A DNA stretch of 64,000 bases. It comes from the human T2T-CHM13v2.0 reference genome, Homo sapiens. The notes under the pieces are model-generated. The model saw only the letters and a program-made list of their open reading frames with translations, did not search any database and was not told the DNA's origin. Positions 1 through 14,390 of this stretch are shown piece by piece. The stretch is from NCBI GenBank assembly GCA_009914755.4, contig CP068257.2:12864001-12928000 (forward strand). Reading direction: 5' to 3'. A program made the translations under genes and the position numbers. The stretch's first letter is position 1. Every line of letters starts with the position of its first letter.

Positions 1-181
1 AAGTAGAACGACCATTTGATTCAGCAATTCCACTGCTAGGTATCTATGCAGAGGAAAAGAAGTCATTATACAAAAAAGATACTTGCACACACGTTTGTGG
101 CAGCATGATTTGCAATTGCAAAAATATGGAACCAACCCAAATGACCATCAATCAGTGAGTGGATAAAGAAACTGTGGTATA

Positions 182-545
<364 letters not shown>

Positions 546-1100
546 CTACTCAGCCATAAAAAGGAATGAATTAATGGCATTTGCAGTGACCAAGATGAGA
601 CTGGACATTATTATTCTAAGTAAAGTAACTCAGCAATGGAAAACCAAACATCGTATGTTCTCACTCATAAGCAAGAGCTAAGCTATGAAGATGCAAAGGC
701 ATAGGAATGACCCAACGGACTTTGGGGACTTGGGGAAAGGGTGAGAAGGTGGTGAGGGATAAATTACTACAAATAGAGTGCAGTGTATACTGCTTGGGTG
801 ATGGGTCTCACAAATAACCGCTAAAGAACTTACCCATGTAACCAAACACCCCTGTTCCCCAATAACCTATGGAAATAAAAATAAAAATAAAAAATACTGG
901 AATTGCCCTGCCAAGTCTGGTTCCCAAGGCCTTTGCTCTGCTCAGCTCTCGCCTGACATTTGCACCTTGTCTCCCTCTCTCTTCATTATTTCTATTCCTG
1001 CAAGTATCAGGCAGAGTTGGGCACCTTCAGCAACTGTGAGGCTTTTGGTTTTCAGGAAAATGGAGAGAATTCCTTCCTCCCTGATAGACTCTGAACCTGA

Positions 1101-1514
<414 letters not shown>

Positions 1515-1598
1515 CTAGCCTCCACTTCTACTGTTGGGAAGAACACACTCACACTGTCTTCCCACTGCTTATACTTGCTGAAACAGATCATATAATCA

Positions 1599-1832
<234 letters not shown>

Positions 1833-4800
1833 TTATAACATTCTGAATCATCATCTGGACACAACTAAGTATTGATAATGCTGGAACACTGGATGCCAGG
1901 CTCCTGAGGAAGTTCTAATTGACCCATCCTGGTGTCTGTCTTCCAGTTACTCTCCATCAGTGACGTCTGTCCTCTGAGCCATTTCGAACCTTTTTCCTGC
2001 CAATCTGGCCACTCTCCTCTATCACTAACCCAAGTACCCTCTCACTTCAGTCTCCGTAATCGGATCCAGTGCACAATGTACTAAGTATTGGTCACTTGCC
2101 AAAAGCATCACATTACAAAGTTCCCTACAATTTCCTCCCCAGAGTTCCCACTGTGTACCAAAGGCCATTTTGAGGCAATATTTCTGTCATAACAGGTGGC
2201 ACTTTTGCTTGTTGTATGAGTGCAAGGGAAGGAGAAAGTGTGTCTGAATATCTGCATCCCCATGTGGTTTGAAACTTCTAAACTGGGCCTTTAAAACTGC
2301 TCCAAATCCTTGTTGTCTGGTCCTCTTATTTTTGATCTTAAACTTCAGGAAACAGAGAAAAGAGATAGCATTTTGTCACCTGTCTGGGAACAAGAATGGC
2401 TCCCAGTGGAAGTAATTCTCCTCCCCCACCCTCATACTCAGTCACCACTTCACATCTTCCTTCAGTCAAGCCTTTCATCACTCTGTTCAGTGAGGGAATA
2501 GCCCACGTTTCACTACCATGCATTGTGGAAATAAGGTATAGCTCCTTCAAGATGCTCCACATTGTATGTGAACTGATGTAAAACACAGATGAGTTGCATC
2601 TAATCACATAAATTAAGTGGTATACAGTAATGGTAAAATGGACCACCATCTCTTCACACCCTCCCTTCCATGACAACTCCAGACCAGGGCTTTTCGCAGT
2701 CCATTCTAGTTAATAAAATTCTCCCCACATCCAGCATCACAATATAGAGTTTTTAAACTTCCAGGAGAAATTAATACTAATGAGATCTGAATTTCATACA
2801 TGCAAAAAACATCCTTTAAATGTTTCTGTGTTAGCTTTTGTCACAAAATAACTATTCTACAGCCAATAGGAAAATAGGAATAAAACTCAGGATATTTGAA
2901 ACATCTGGTCTTGCCATACATCTTCAGATAACAGAAGCAGTTGATTTAAAAGGAAATGGGAAACAAACTTTGCAAAAACATTTAAAAACCCTGAAAAGAT
3001 TAGAGAGATGTATAACAGTCTACATACAAAAAGTCATAAGGCACCCTGCAATATCAATCGTTTCATCCAAATATTGTAGCTGGAAATTTGACTAAATCCT
3101 GAGTGATTTCCTTCTTAGAAAAAATATTAATCTTCATTAGAAAATCCTTGTTGGTTACTTTGGATCCCTTTTTGCCACCTAATTGGTCATAGTCCTACCA
3201 TTTATTATTTGCATATTGCTTCACTCTTTACTGATTAATGCTGGGTTAAGATCTAAAAAGTAAATGTCAGTAAAAGTAAATTGATGCAAATGTGCTACAT
3301 TTTTCAGAGTACTTCAGGAAAAAAGGAAAGTGGTCGGGGGAGAAAGAATGAGGGGGACGCAGGGAAGAGGAAGGGAGAAAGAAAGAGACAGAGAATGGAG
3401 CAGAAAATAAATTTCATTTATCTGAATACTTCAAGTCATTTTGAAATATGTTGACTCAAGATAAAGGTGGCTCACTCCAACAAAGGTGTTTATTTTAAAG
3501 ATGCAGGTTTAATCTCCTAATATGGCTTTTTTGAGGAGTATCCCGAGGAGCCCCGTTGACTACAGTGTTAAAAGTTTTCACACACTATATGACTGTGTCA
3601 AATATATTATGTATTATTTAAACAATAGCAACTCTATATAGATTTAATATATCTTACATTTTTACCATTTCTCTTATCAAGTAGCTGGAACCTTGTGGCT
3701 GATTTAACTTGTTGTTTTTTAATTAATTTAACCCAGACCTCACACCCAGGATCTTGTCCCTGATTCATTAGCCTTACTTGATGAGCTCTGTCCACTGTAG
3801 AGACTATCCATGGAGTCACTGGCTTTGAGGGACACCTTCTCTGTGTGGGTCCCAATCACAGGGTCACTGTTTCTATATGGGTGGGCATTCTCTCCATCTT
3901 CCTCATCCTTCAGAAAACATATCAGAGGTTAGGTACAGAGAGAAGATTTCCACAGAGATGTACATTGAGTACATTGATTTAATAGACACATATTTTAGCA
4001 ATAAAATACTTAAGGATACATAAGGATAAAATACAAAAGTAGTTCATCTTCAGTTCAATTTCTAGCAAAACCTTTCACAATATACTTGGAAAAATTACTC
4101 AGATGACACATTCTTTCTGTAAAATTCAGTTGAAATTATAATGGCTCATTTTTACAAACTAGGATGAATATCATATCAATATTATTTAATCAAAAGTGTT
4201 AGATTTATTGACATCTATGGTTTATCTTTTAAAGCACTTTTACTTCTTCATGTTGTCCTTATGCTCTATTTACCACCATTACTAATCCATTGAGATCTGA
4301 TCCTACAAGCTTAAACTCTGCATAGTTGTTTCATGTCAGTTATTTGCATCCTACCAGATCACTAGATATGAATAAAACATGTACATTTTGCAATTCTAAA
4401 GCAAAGCTTATCTAAAAAGCTTTACAAATCTAATACCATGCTTGCCACCTAGTCAAGTGAGAAGCAAATCTTGCATAAAATTAGAAAAGACAGACAATTT
4501 CAAAACAAATTATATTTTCTTGAAAACATCTCCAATGTTTTCCATATTTCAATAGTTTGGATTAAACCTATGAATTTCTTAATATTCATCAGAATGTAAT
4601 TCAACATTCTTTATTTGTGAGCATTTCTAAACATTGATAAAACTTCAGAATACACAAATGATATACACTCAGTTTGATTCTCCACTTTTATCCATTTCTT
4701 TTTTGATTCAGTCATTCAACACAATTTTATAGAACACCTCCTAGGTACTGAGCAGTGTTCTTGGAACTGGGGATTTTCATGGTAAACAAGATAACAGGGT

Positions 4801-4835
4801 GCTTGCTATAATGAAGGATATTCTATTGTGTTAGC

Positions 4836-4872
4836 TGTGTGTGTTTGTGTGTGCGTGTGTGTGTGTCTGTGT
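4836..4872. repeat. (TG)n microsatellite, imperfect
   Basis: 'tgtgtgtgtttgtgtgtgcgtgtgtgtgtgtctgtgtag'. Confidence 0.9.
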
Positions 4873-6639
4873 AGAGTATTTGGGGAGGTGTGTCTAAACA
4901 CAATAAGACAATTTCAGAGAATAGTAAGTGTTATGAAAGAAATAAAACTGGGTGATGTGAGAGAATTTGTTGCTGAGGTTAGGGTTAGGGGTTGGCTGAT
5001 TTAAATGGAGTATCCTCCAAAGACCTCTGCCATACAGTAATATATGCCCTGAATTATTGACCTAAAGGATAAGAAGATGTAACTTATGTGAAGCTTTGGA
5101 GACAGTTTTCCAAGCAAAAGGAATAGCAACAGCAAAATAATTGAACTCAGAATTATCTTGGGTTGTGCAGGGAAAACAGCAAGGCTAATGTAGTGTGAGA
5201 AAGGAGAATATTAGTGTGTGAGTTCAGGGAAGTAGACTGGAGCCACATCAAGAAAAGCTTTATAGACCATGTGTGGTGGCCATGGAAATGTGCCACTTAG
5301 ATCTCTTGCTGCGGGACCCTTCTTTACTGACAGTCCCAGGACTGCCCCTCTGTATCCATCACTCCATTTGCACTAAAGCCATGCTCCCTTTCAGTAACTG
5401 AAAAAATAGGGGTATTGTTTGAGCCCATTCTAGTGGAATGTAGGGTTCCTGTAATGGAAAACTTTAGTATAAGAATCCTCCATCAATCTGACCAAAGCTT
5501 TCTCAGTATTCTGCTGAAGTATGAGACTCTCTCTACCTGATTCTTCTTCCTTTTCCTCATCCTTTTACAGATGTCAGATTTACGTTGCAGTCTAAAGGCT
5601 TTCTCTTTAGCCTTCCTAGCATTTCCTGTCATAAATCTGTGGTGTTTCTACTCTTTTTCTTGGGATCTAGAATGAACACACCAAGTAAAGAGGTTCACTA
5701 TGAAGACACTGAAATTTTAACCATGACCTGATTTCCACTTGTCAGAGATATTTCTGGCTTTCATATGGAGAATAAATTTTATGGGGGAAAGAATAAAAAG
5801 AATGGAAAGCAATTAGGGGATTATGATAGTAATCCAGGAAAGAAAGGTTGGTTATTTAGTCTAAAGCAGGAATAGTTTACATGGAGAAATTAGGGAGTTT
5901 ATATATACGTGGTAATACAATTCAGAGAATTTACTGATGAATTAGTGTGAAAAGTGAGAAAAAGAAGGAATTTAGGGTGATTCTTAGATTTTCTTTTCTT
6001 CCTATTTTTTATATTTTTGTTTTTATTTATTTTGGGGATCAGTGTTGTCTGCTGCCACTGGGAATACTGGATGAGAAAACCATTTTTTTTGTAAAAGTGT
6101 AGAGAATAAATATATTAGCTTTGGATATATTAGGTTTTGGATGTCTACTGGACATCTAAATGAAGATATCAAATAAGCAATTGATTGTATTAATATAGCA
6201 GATAAGTGAAGAGGTCATAGCTAGAGATATAGTTGTGAAAAACAAAATCATGAGAGTAGATGAGCTGACTTAAGGGGAGAATGTAGATTCAATGGAGCAT
6301 CCAGGAACAAGCCTCAGGAAGATGTTTCAAGGGATGAGAAAGAAAGCAGAGCCAAGAAAGGAAGCTATGAGGAAGAAGAAATGCCAGAAGCATGCCTAGT
6401 CAAAAAAAAACAAGAAAAGTGGATGTTTTATATGTAAGGAAATCAGCACTTGGGTCAAATACAGTTGAAAAGTAGTAAGGAGAAAGAAAAGTGACCATTG
6501 GACCTGGCAACACAGAGGTCACTACTGACGGCGACAGCTATTTTAATGGAGTACTGGAGACAGAGCCCTGTTGAAGTGGATTGAAAAAGAGAATGGACAT
6601 AAGACATAAAAATCAATAAAGTAGAATTGGGAGTCCATA

Positions 6640-7680
6640 AGTAAACTCACTTATTTATGATCCATATATTTATGACAATATATTTATGGTCAATTGATTT
6701 TTAACAAGAGTACCGAGACAATCAAATAGGAAAAGAATAGTCTTTTCAACAAATAGTGTAAGGACAACTATATATCTACATGCAAAAGAATGAAGGTGGA
6801 CTCTTCCTATATACTGTACAGTAAAATTATCTTGAAATAAATGATACACCAAAATTTAAGAGACTATTGGCCTCTTAGAAGAAAACATGGGAATAAATCT
6901 TCATTACATTAGATTAGACAATGGTTTGTTAAATATGTTACCAAAAGCACAAGTGACCAAAAAAAGATAATTGGACTACAATAAAATTAGGAACATTTGT
7001 GCTACAAACAACACCATCAAGAAAATAAAAATACAATCCACAGAATTGGAGAAAATATATTATATTGCATGTCATATATCTGATAAAAAACTTGCATCCA
7101 GAATATATAAAAAACATTTAAAACTCAACAATAAGAAGATAAATAACCCAATTAAAAACGAACAATGGATTTGAAAAACACTTCTCCACAAAGATAGATA
7201 AATGGCTAAAAAGCACATGAAAAGATTCTTGACATTATTAGTCATCAGGGAAACGTAAAGTACAACCAAATGTAAATCAAAATCACAATGAGATTCCACC
7301 TCACATCCACTAGGATGGCTAGTATTAAAAAGACAGACAATAACAAGTGTTGGCAATGATGCAGAGAAATTGGAACCCTCATACATTGTTGATGGGAATG
7401 TCAAATGACACACCTGCTTAAAAAAACAATTTGCCAGTTTCTCTATTAGACATGGAGTTACTATATATCCAAGAGAAATGAAAAAATATTTCCACACAAA
7501 AATTGAACAGAAGTATCTGTAGCAGCATTATTCATAATAGCCAAAAAGTGAAAGCAACCCAAGTAATCACTAAGTGATAAATGGATAAAGTAAATGTGAT
7601 CCATCTATAAAAGGAGAAATATTATTTGGCAATAAAAAGGAATGAAGTACTGATACTTGCTACTAAATTAATGACATGTT
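6640..7680 (+). mobile_element. Ancient LINE-1 fragment (ORF2 3' portion, L1M/L1PB-like), truncated at the Alu at 7727
   Basis: The translation carries L1 ORF2 C-terminal motifs: track ORF 6971-7174 '...LASRIYKKHLKLNNKKINNPIKNEQ' corresponds to L1 '...[23 protein letters not shown]'. The DNA reads 'ttttcaacaaatagtgtaaggacaactatatatctacatgcaaaagaatgaag...aatcacaatgagattccacctcacatccactaggatggc'. Confidence 0.8.
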
Positions 7681-7726
7681 GTTCTTCACATTGTTCTTCG
7701 CATCACATTCTAGATGCATGATCTTT

Positions 7727-8023
7727 TTTTTTGTTTTGTTTTTTGAGACGCCATCTTGCTCTGTTGCCAGGCTGAAGTTCAGTGGTGCAATCAGGGCTCA
7801 CTGGAACCCCCGCCTCCCGGGTTCAAGCGATTCTCCTTCCTCAGCCTCCTGAGTAGCTAGGACTACAGGCGTGCACCACCATGCTCAGCTAATTTTTGTA
7901 TTTTTAGTAGAGACGGGGTTTCACCATGTTGGCCAGGCTGGTCTTGAACTCCTGACTTCAGGTGATCTTCCCGCCACGGCCTCCAAAGTGCTCGGATTAC
8001 AGGTGTGAGCCACTGCACCCAGC
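7727..8023 (-). mobile_element. Alu SINE (minus orientation) with a perfect 15-bp TSD
   Basis: Poly-T then 'gagacgccatcttgctctgttgccaggctgaagttcagtggtgcaatc...cctccaaagtgctcggattacaggtgtgagccactgcacccagc'. The flanking direct repeat agatgcatgatcttt sits at 7712-7726 and 8024-8038. Confidence 0.95.
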
Positions 8024-8034
8024 AGATGCATGAT

Positions 8035-8170
8035 CTTTCTGAGTGTCAGTTTCTTCTGTTAAAATGAAAGTAATACTTCCTTCCACCCAAGTTCTGGGCA
8101 TAATGACTGAGGAAGAAAACAAATGCTTAAGTACTTCATAAAGTACCAAGCACTTCTATAGTCTAGCTGA
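8035..8170 (+). mobile_element. MIR SINE fragment (weak)
   Basis: 'gagtgtcagtttcttctgttaaaatgaaagtaatacttcc...cataaagtaccaagcacttctatag' resembles the MIR core 'gagcctcagtttcctcatctgtaaaatggggataataatacc...gcacagtgcctggcacatagtaag'. Confidence 0.4.
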
Positions 8171-11100
8171 ATAGTTTAAGAAAGTTTTAGTAGAAAAATA
8201 CAAATGATTATCAGAGAATATTTACCTTTTCCTCAGAAAGGGCTTTGATGTACTTTTTACCCACTTTTTTCTTCATTGTCCATGAAATAGCTCTCATTTT
8301 TTTACCCAAACCGCCTCCATTATTTGAAGTTTTACTTTGTTCTCCACTTCCATTTGTGGGATCTCCTTCATGTGCCTAGTTTAGAATTGTTTACAAAAGA
8401 CAAAATAATAAAGCAATAAAAAACATTGATCTGAAATCACTGTTACAGAGAACATTCTGAGTTTGTGGATTTTGCATGCATTCTGTGCAGCAGCCTCCAA
8501 AATTTCTAACAATCCGGACATAACACATATTTTTAAAGTTGTCCAGCCCTGGTTGCTTGTGTTACGAACTCAGAAAGTAAAATTCGTGATGTTAAAGGAC
8601 TTGAGCCTCACATCTGCAACTCTTTTAGAGAATTTTGACTATTTTTTAAATAGCTGTATTGAAGAATCATTTTATTCCCTCTTCTTGAGATGAACAAATA
8701 ATATTAAACACCAGGTATAAGGAGTTCTTATGTCTACATAGATGAGAAATATTTTATTGGAAGCTTTAGATAGGCTGTAGCATCTATCTGTGTTGAATAG
8801 GCCTTAAAATATCCTCTTGCTTCTCATAGAAATTGAGATGATTGTGGTTATTTTAAAGAAGTTTTTGTGTTAATTAAATCCACTGAGAAATGTTAGATTT
8901 TTTTTCATCTTAGTGTGCACATTTCCCATATTCGCAAGCAATAGTAAATATGAACTAGTTCCAGCCATTAGTACAGAAATCTTCATGTAATTCACATGCT
9001 ATATTAATCAAACATCTTATTTGGACTGCTTCAGTCTGTGCTTAGGAATTTTGTTAAACCAATGACTCAGAATAAAACACACTGTTCACAGCCACAAGAC
9101 TCTATATGTCATAACATAAAATAATGTTCTGTCAATATAATTAATATATTATGTGATATATATTACATTATATAGAATCTATATGAAATAAAATATCCTC
9201 ACTACCCACCTTGCCCCTCGCTACTTCTCAAGCCTCCCTCGCTCACTAGATCAGTGGTTCTCAAAATATGATCCCTGGACCAGCGGCATTAACATCACTT
9301 GGGAGCAGTTTGTGCTTTAGCAAGCTCTTCAAGTGATTCTGATACTCGCTAAAGTTTGAAAACAACTGTAATAAAGTATTGCCATGCTAGCCCCCTTGCA
9401 GTTTCTCTATCAGGTTCTCACCAAGTTTGTATTTGCTTTTGCCATTGGCTTCCGCCAGATATCCAAGAATTTCTTCCTTCAGTCGTCCAGGTTTCTATTC
9501 ACATGTCATATAATAGGAGAGTAATTTTCTGATTGATCACCCTCCACACTTCCATACATCCTGTTTATTGGCCCTGATTAATTATTCCTCTAAGCAGTTA
9601 ACATTACCCGATAATATGTTTGTTCATTTGATTATTGTCTGCGTCTCCCACTATGATGCATGCTCCATGAGACTTGAGACTTTGTCTGTTTTCTTTGAGT
9701 GTCTAGAGTACTTCCAAGCACAGAGCTGGCACTTGATATTATTTGAATAAATGAAACTTCTCATGTAGAACGTTGCAGATTTTTTTTTCTTGGAGGACAT
9801 GTTTGGGTTACACGTCCTAAAATACCTTATATTTGCAAGAAAGGAAACTTGAAGGACATCTAGTTTAACACTGCCCACCATTACTGGTAGGTGGACAGGT
9901 AGTCATTCACTGAATATAAAAAATGATGGGAAACTTCTCTTTAGTGAACTTGAATATTTTAATATAAAAGTTTAACCACATAGTTAACATCATTATTAAT
10001 CAATATTATATTTTGCTTCATATCTTACCCCAAATTGCCTATGATAAATATGAATGGACAGCCAATTTAAACCCTCATTGCACTTTATTAATTTCTACAT
10101 TCAAGGTTGAAATCAAGGCAAAGATTCTTTGCTTAATTCAAAAGTCCTGAATAAAATTTAATTCGGAAGCACTTTAAAATTTTAGAGTTAGCCTTTTTCT
10201 TCTCTCTACTTAAACTTTCTCTGTCTTCATTATAAAATTACTTTGCTAACATAAATAAGAAATGTTAATTACTACTTGTGTTACTCTACCATTTCTAAGC
10301 TTCAGAAAAATGTACCACACATATTTTTCAGGTTTTTCTAGCGTTATTTACAGAAGCTACAAAGAAATTATGTTTATGTCTTTTGAGTGTTAACATTTTT
10401 CTATGCCTTTCTCCATAGCCTGAATTAAATTTCTATTTAAATATTACTTATGGTTTTGTTCTTGTCTTTTTAAGATTTGTCTTCCCCTATAGACTCCAGG
10501 CATGAAGTAAGGATTTTCATGTGTTGTTGCAACAGTACTTCCTGAGTGTCTAAGGGAAAACCTGTCATAGAGTAGTTATTTTTTGAATGAGTGCTGGATT
10601 GTTGAAAAATATGCACACTATTTTATTAGGTTTGCTAAATTCTTTTACAAATTACTAGGCCACCATTATTAACCAATGAACCTGAATGAACATGAGCTAT
10701 CTTGTACAGGTTAATTCCAGAATTATAAACTAAATAGCAGTAGAATATATGTATGATTGTGGAGAATTAAAAATTTATACAAAATGCCAACTGAAAATAA
10801 AATTATATACAGTTTCTCTCTCTCTCCATATATATACACACACACACACAAACACATATATGTGGCCAGGGGGAGATTTATATGTATATATTACATTTAT
10901 TACTTACAATTATGTAAATGTTGATTGACTATACAATTATGTACAAGTTTACTCATAAATGTGAATATATACATAATAAATTAATAAAAGGGATCATTAC
11001 TGAAATTAAATTATTTTAAAATATTACAGATAGTTATATTTGAAAATAAGCATAGGATCTAAAAACCTATTGATCTAAAAACCTATTGATCTAAAAAGAA

Positions 11101-13032
11101 TATATTACCTGTAAGGTTGCTGAATCAGGTTCAATGGTAAACAGTATTTTCAGTTTTCTTAGTAGACACCCCTTCTCTGTACTATTTTATTAGTTGTTGT
11201 TGTACCTGTCATTAACCACTTAGCATATGTGGCCCCTACTTTATGAGATAATATGGCAAACTTTGGAGTCAGAGAAAAGGTTGATTTCTGCCTTTGTCAT
11301 TTACTCACTCTGTAATTTAGAAGTAATTTTATTTGATGAAGCAAGCATATTTCTGCAATGGCAAAATAGATATACTAATAGTTCCTATGTTATAAATAGG
11401 TAAATTGTTATAGATAGATAAAGTTAGCATTGTGCTTATTTCATCGTGAGTGCTCAACTAAATGAACATATTATTGAAATTATTACGTAAACTTTATTTT
11501 ATGGGAAGCTTTTCTTAAGCTACGGTTAAAATGTTCATAGTGTACAAATGTGTATGTAGCACTCACCAATGGGATGTTTCAGTGTACATTGAAGTGTGAG
11601 AGTCCAATTGAGCAGCTGTATGCTCTCCTTAACAAATTTACAGTTGGGCCACTTAATCTTGTTCTAATTTAAAGCAATTACAACTTACATAACATTTTAT
11701 ATATATCTATCAAATAATGTGTATAAATACAATGTATGTGTATGTGTACATATATGTATACTCACATTGTTTTATAGTAGAAATACTCAGGAAATTTGGA
11801 ATTGTCAGTGTCAGTTTGAATTCTATCTTTTCGGGTTCATGTTTTGCTTTCCCAAACATCTGTTAGGCTTCTTAAAATAAGATTTTACTTTTAATGCCCT
11901 GCACGGTACTGGGTACTGATAGAGACAGGAAACAGCCAACGGTCCCTTGCGAAACCTCCCCTTCGAGCCTAAAACAGCTTGAAGGCTGAAAAACCAGACT
12001 GATGATCCTGGATGAAGCCCACCCTTTCCCAACTGATTCTCTCTTAATAATGCCCACCTGTGCACTGGGGGAAGGGGACGGAGCTATGGGAAGGTCGTGT
12101 GGTTTGCTGCAGGGAGGAGCCTGGCCTCTTTTGTTGTTATGTGGTACCCTGGGATTCAATCTGTAAGGTAGGAGCCTGCTAGCAGGACTCTTGCTTTGCT
12201 GAGAGTTCCTCTTTTTTTTTTTCCTTTTCACCCGATATACCCTGCCCTACTCACCCTACAATGTGTCTGTGTGCCTAAATTTTCCTGGTCGTGTGACAAG
12301 AACCCATTGCTTTCCACAACAGTACTAAATAATGGTTTGTTCATTTATCACAAAAACATATGCAAGGCTATAATTTTAAAATGTATTCATTTTTCTTATT
12401 TTACTTTGCAAAAGTGACATTGTCTTCATAATATTTCATAATGTGTTTGCATAACATTCATAAAAATGGAATAAACTACGAACCTCAGTTGAATCATCTG
12501 GTTTTGATAAAGAATTATTCCGAAAACGATCGAAATTCCCAAAACTGCTGCTTCGCTATAAAATAGAAAAGAAAAAGCAAAGGAAACTTAGAATTTATTT
12601 TCACTGTCCAAACTGATAAGTATATTAGATTATAGTTTAATAAGCACCGTCTCTTGCAAATACAGGCTTTAAAAAGCTCTTCTCTCTGGAATATCCAAAG
12701 GCTGTGAAGGTATACCTATTAACATTTTTATATTTACAGTTGATCAAATGTCTTTCTACGCTTTTTGTCATAGCGTTAAGTAAGCACCTTGGAGAAAATC
12801 TTGGTTAAATTATTTTAAATTTTTTATTTTAATTTTGCTCTTTGAAGTGGCAGCTGAAGAATCCTTGAATTCCAAACTAAAGCTTCTTGAAATGAGCTAA
12901 CCACAAACTTAACAGCATGTAGTACTAACCAACCAACCAACAAACAAATAACAACAACAAAACACAAACAAAAAGCAAGCATCTGAGTAGATCCACCATT
13001 ACGCCTCACAAAGATCAAGTTTGTTCACACGC

Positions 13033-13221
13033 TGGGGCCTGTGGGGTGGAGGGCAGGGAGACGGAGAGCATCAGGAAAAATAGCTAATGCATGATGGGCT
13101 TAATACCTAGGTGATGGGTTGACAGGTGCAGCAAAACACCATGGCACATGTTTACTTATGTAACAAACCTGTACATCCTGTACATGTACCCCGAAAATTA
13201 AAATAAAAATGAAAATAAAAG
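13033..13221 (+). mobile_element. Severely 5'-truncated LINE-1 insertion (last ~190 bp of the L1 3' UTR)
   Basis: 'tggggcctgtggggtggagggcagggagacggagagcatcaggaaaaatagctaatgcatgatgggcttaatacctaggtgatgggttgacaggtgcagcaaaacaccatggcacatgtttacttatgtaacaaacctgtacatcctgtacatgtaccccgaaaattaaaataaaaa' matches the L1PA 3'UTR terminus. A possible TSD, caagtttgtt, lies at 13016-13025 and 13224-13233. Confidence 0.85.
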
Positions 13222-14124
13222 ACCAAGTTTGTTTAAAAAAAAAAAAAGAACATAAGTGCATTTTCTATTACCAACTCTTGATCATTTGAAGTTCTCTGCT
13301 GGGTATCAGAAAAAGAAGGCACACACACAGACTTACTAATAAATTGAAAGCAGCATTTAGGTATGCACAGTCCAAGGTTGGGAGTAAAATGGAATTTTTC
13401 CACATTTAACATAGAATTACAATGAGATCTCTGGGTCAGTTTCATTCACTGGTTTTGAGAAAAAGCTCAGTATGTTAATAGAAGATGTTGTCTTGAATAC
13501 CTTTTGCTTACAAAGCTACATTTTTATTATGCAACTCAATGTAGGCAGGCAATTATAAATAATTTCTGATATGCAACAAAATAAATGAATCCCTTAAACA
13601 TATTTTAAAATTCTTTTGAGTCATTGAGTCAAAAAATTGATATTTCCTCACTATCTAATTTTATGCATTGTTTGGGATGGTGGATATCTGATGTTGGGTT
13701 CTTTGTGTACTCATAAATCCCGAGACTATTTTCTTTCTAAAGGACTTTATCTTATTTCAAGTTTATCATATTTTAAAAACAAACTGGTGGTACTGACATA
13801 TAATCTGGTAATTTAGAAAATTAATAATGGGAGTCAGTAATCTATAAAACTTTGTACAACAAGGCCTCCCTTAATGCTCTCAATGGGATCTCGGAAATTG
13901 CTACCTTAAGCAAAACCAGGTGTAACAAAATCCACTTTACCATAGGCTACTTGAAATCACAAGTTCAAATAACAAGTTCCTGTGATCTACTTTTCATCAC
14001 AAAAACATCATCAAATTTCTAAATAAAGACCCAAACACTTCTAATGGTAAACACTGAAACAAATGCGATCCATACATATATTTAAGAAAAATTAATTTAA
14101 AAAATTAACATAATTATTTTCCCA

Positions 14125-14390
14125 GTTATTCCAGCTCAGGGTTGCTGTGAGTGGCCAGAGCCTATCCCCACAACTCAGGGCACAAGGCAGGAACCAGCCC
14201 TGGACAGGGTGCTGCTCCAACGCAGGGCACACTGAAGCACACATCCACACTCCTCATTGTGGAACAATTTGGACACGCCAATGCCAATTGACCTGGAATG
14301 CACTTCTTTGGGATGTGGGGGGAAACCCACACATAAATGAGAAGATTGTGCAAACCCTGCACAGACAGTGACCCTGGTCAGGAACTGATT
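14125..14390 (-). mobile_element. Ancient Deu-domain SINE copy (AmnSINE1-like), 5'-truncated
   Basis: The reverse complement aligns by eye to the vertebrate Deu-domain SINE core. Window motifs include 'cctgaccagggtcactgtctgtgcagggtttgcac...gtgggtttcccccacatcccaaagaagtgcattccaggtcaattggcattggcgtgtccaaattgttccacaatgag...gccctgcgttgg...ctgtccagggc...gctggggataggctctggcc...caaccctgagc'. The recalled fish/Amniota consensus blocks are 'ggccaggggcctttctgtgtggagtttgcatgttctcc...gtgggtttcctcc...cacagtccaaagacatgcaggttaggtgaattgg...ctctaaattgcccgtaggtgtgaatgtgag...gccctgcgattg...ccagggtgtaccccgcc...gctgggataggctccagc...cgcgaccctgaac'. Confidence 0.5.

Noticed and set aside
3320-3400. Purine-rich (GA) stretch 'ggaaagtggtcgggggagaaagaatgagggggacgcagggaagaggaagggagaaagaaagagacagag'
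   Set aside because: It could be a degenerate GA microsatellite or a GAGA-factor-type element, but it is imperfect and short. I cannot support a functional call from sequence alone.
6971-7174. 67-aa ORF resembling L1 ORF2 ('...LASRIYKKHLKLNNKKINNPIKNEQ')
   Set aside because: It is a genuine L1 ORF2 remnant but a small decayed piece of an ancient element. It is covered by the L1 mobile_element feature and is not annotated as a separate gene.
11872-12231. 119-aa minus-strand ORF with a K/R-rich N-terminus
   Set aside because: It has no start context, no splice-site or CpG-island support, a proline- and serine-rich low-complexity peptide, and overlaps the 11823-12065 ORF in another frame. I judge it a chance ORF in moderately GC-rich unique sequence.
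14147-14371. Overlapping ORFs on both strands (74 aa + and 66 aa -) in a GC-rich patch
   Set aside because: Both frames being open at once is the signature of non-coding constrained or low-stop sequence. The patch is the Deu-domain SINE copy and is treated as a repeat-derived element, not a CDS.
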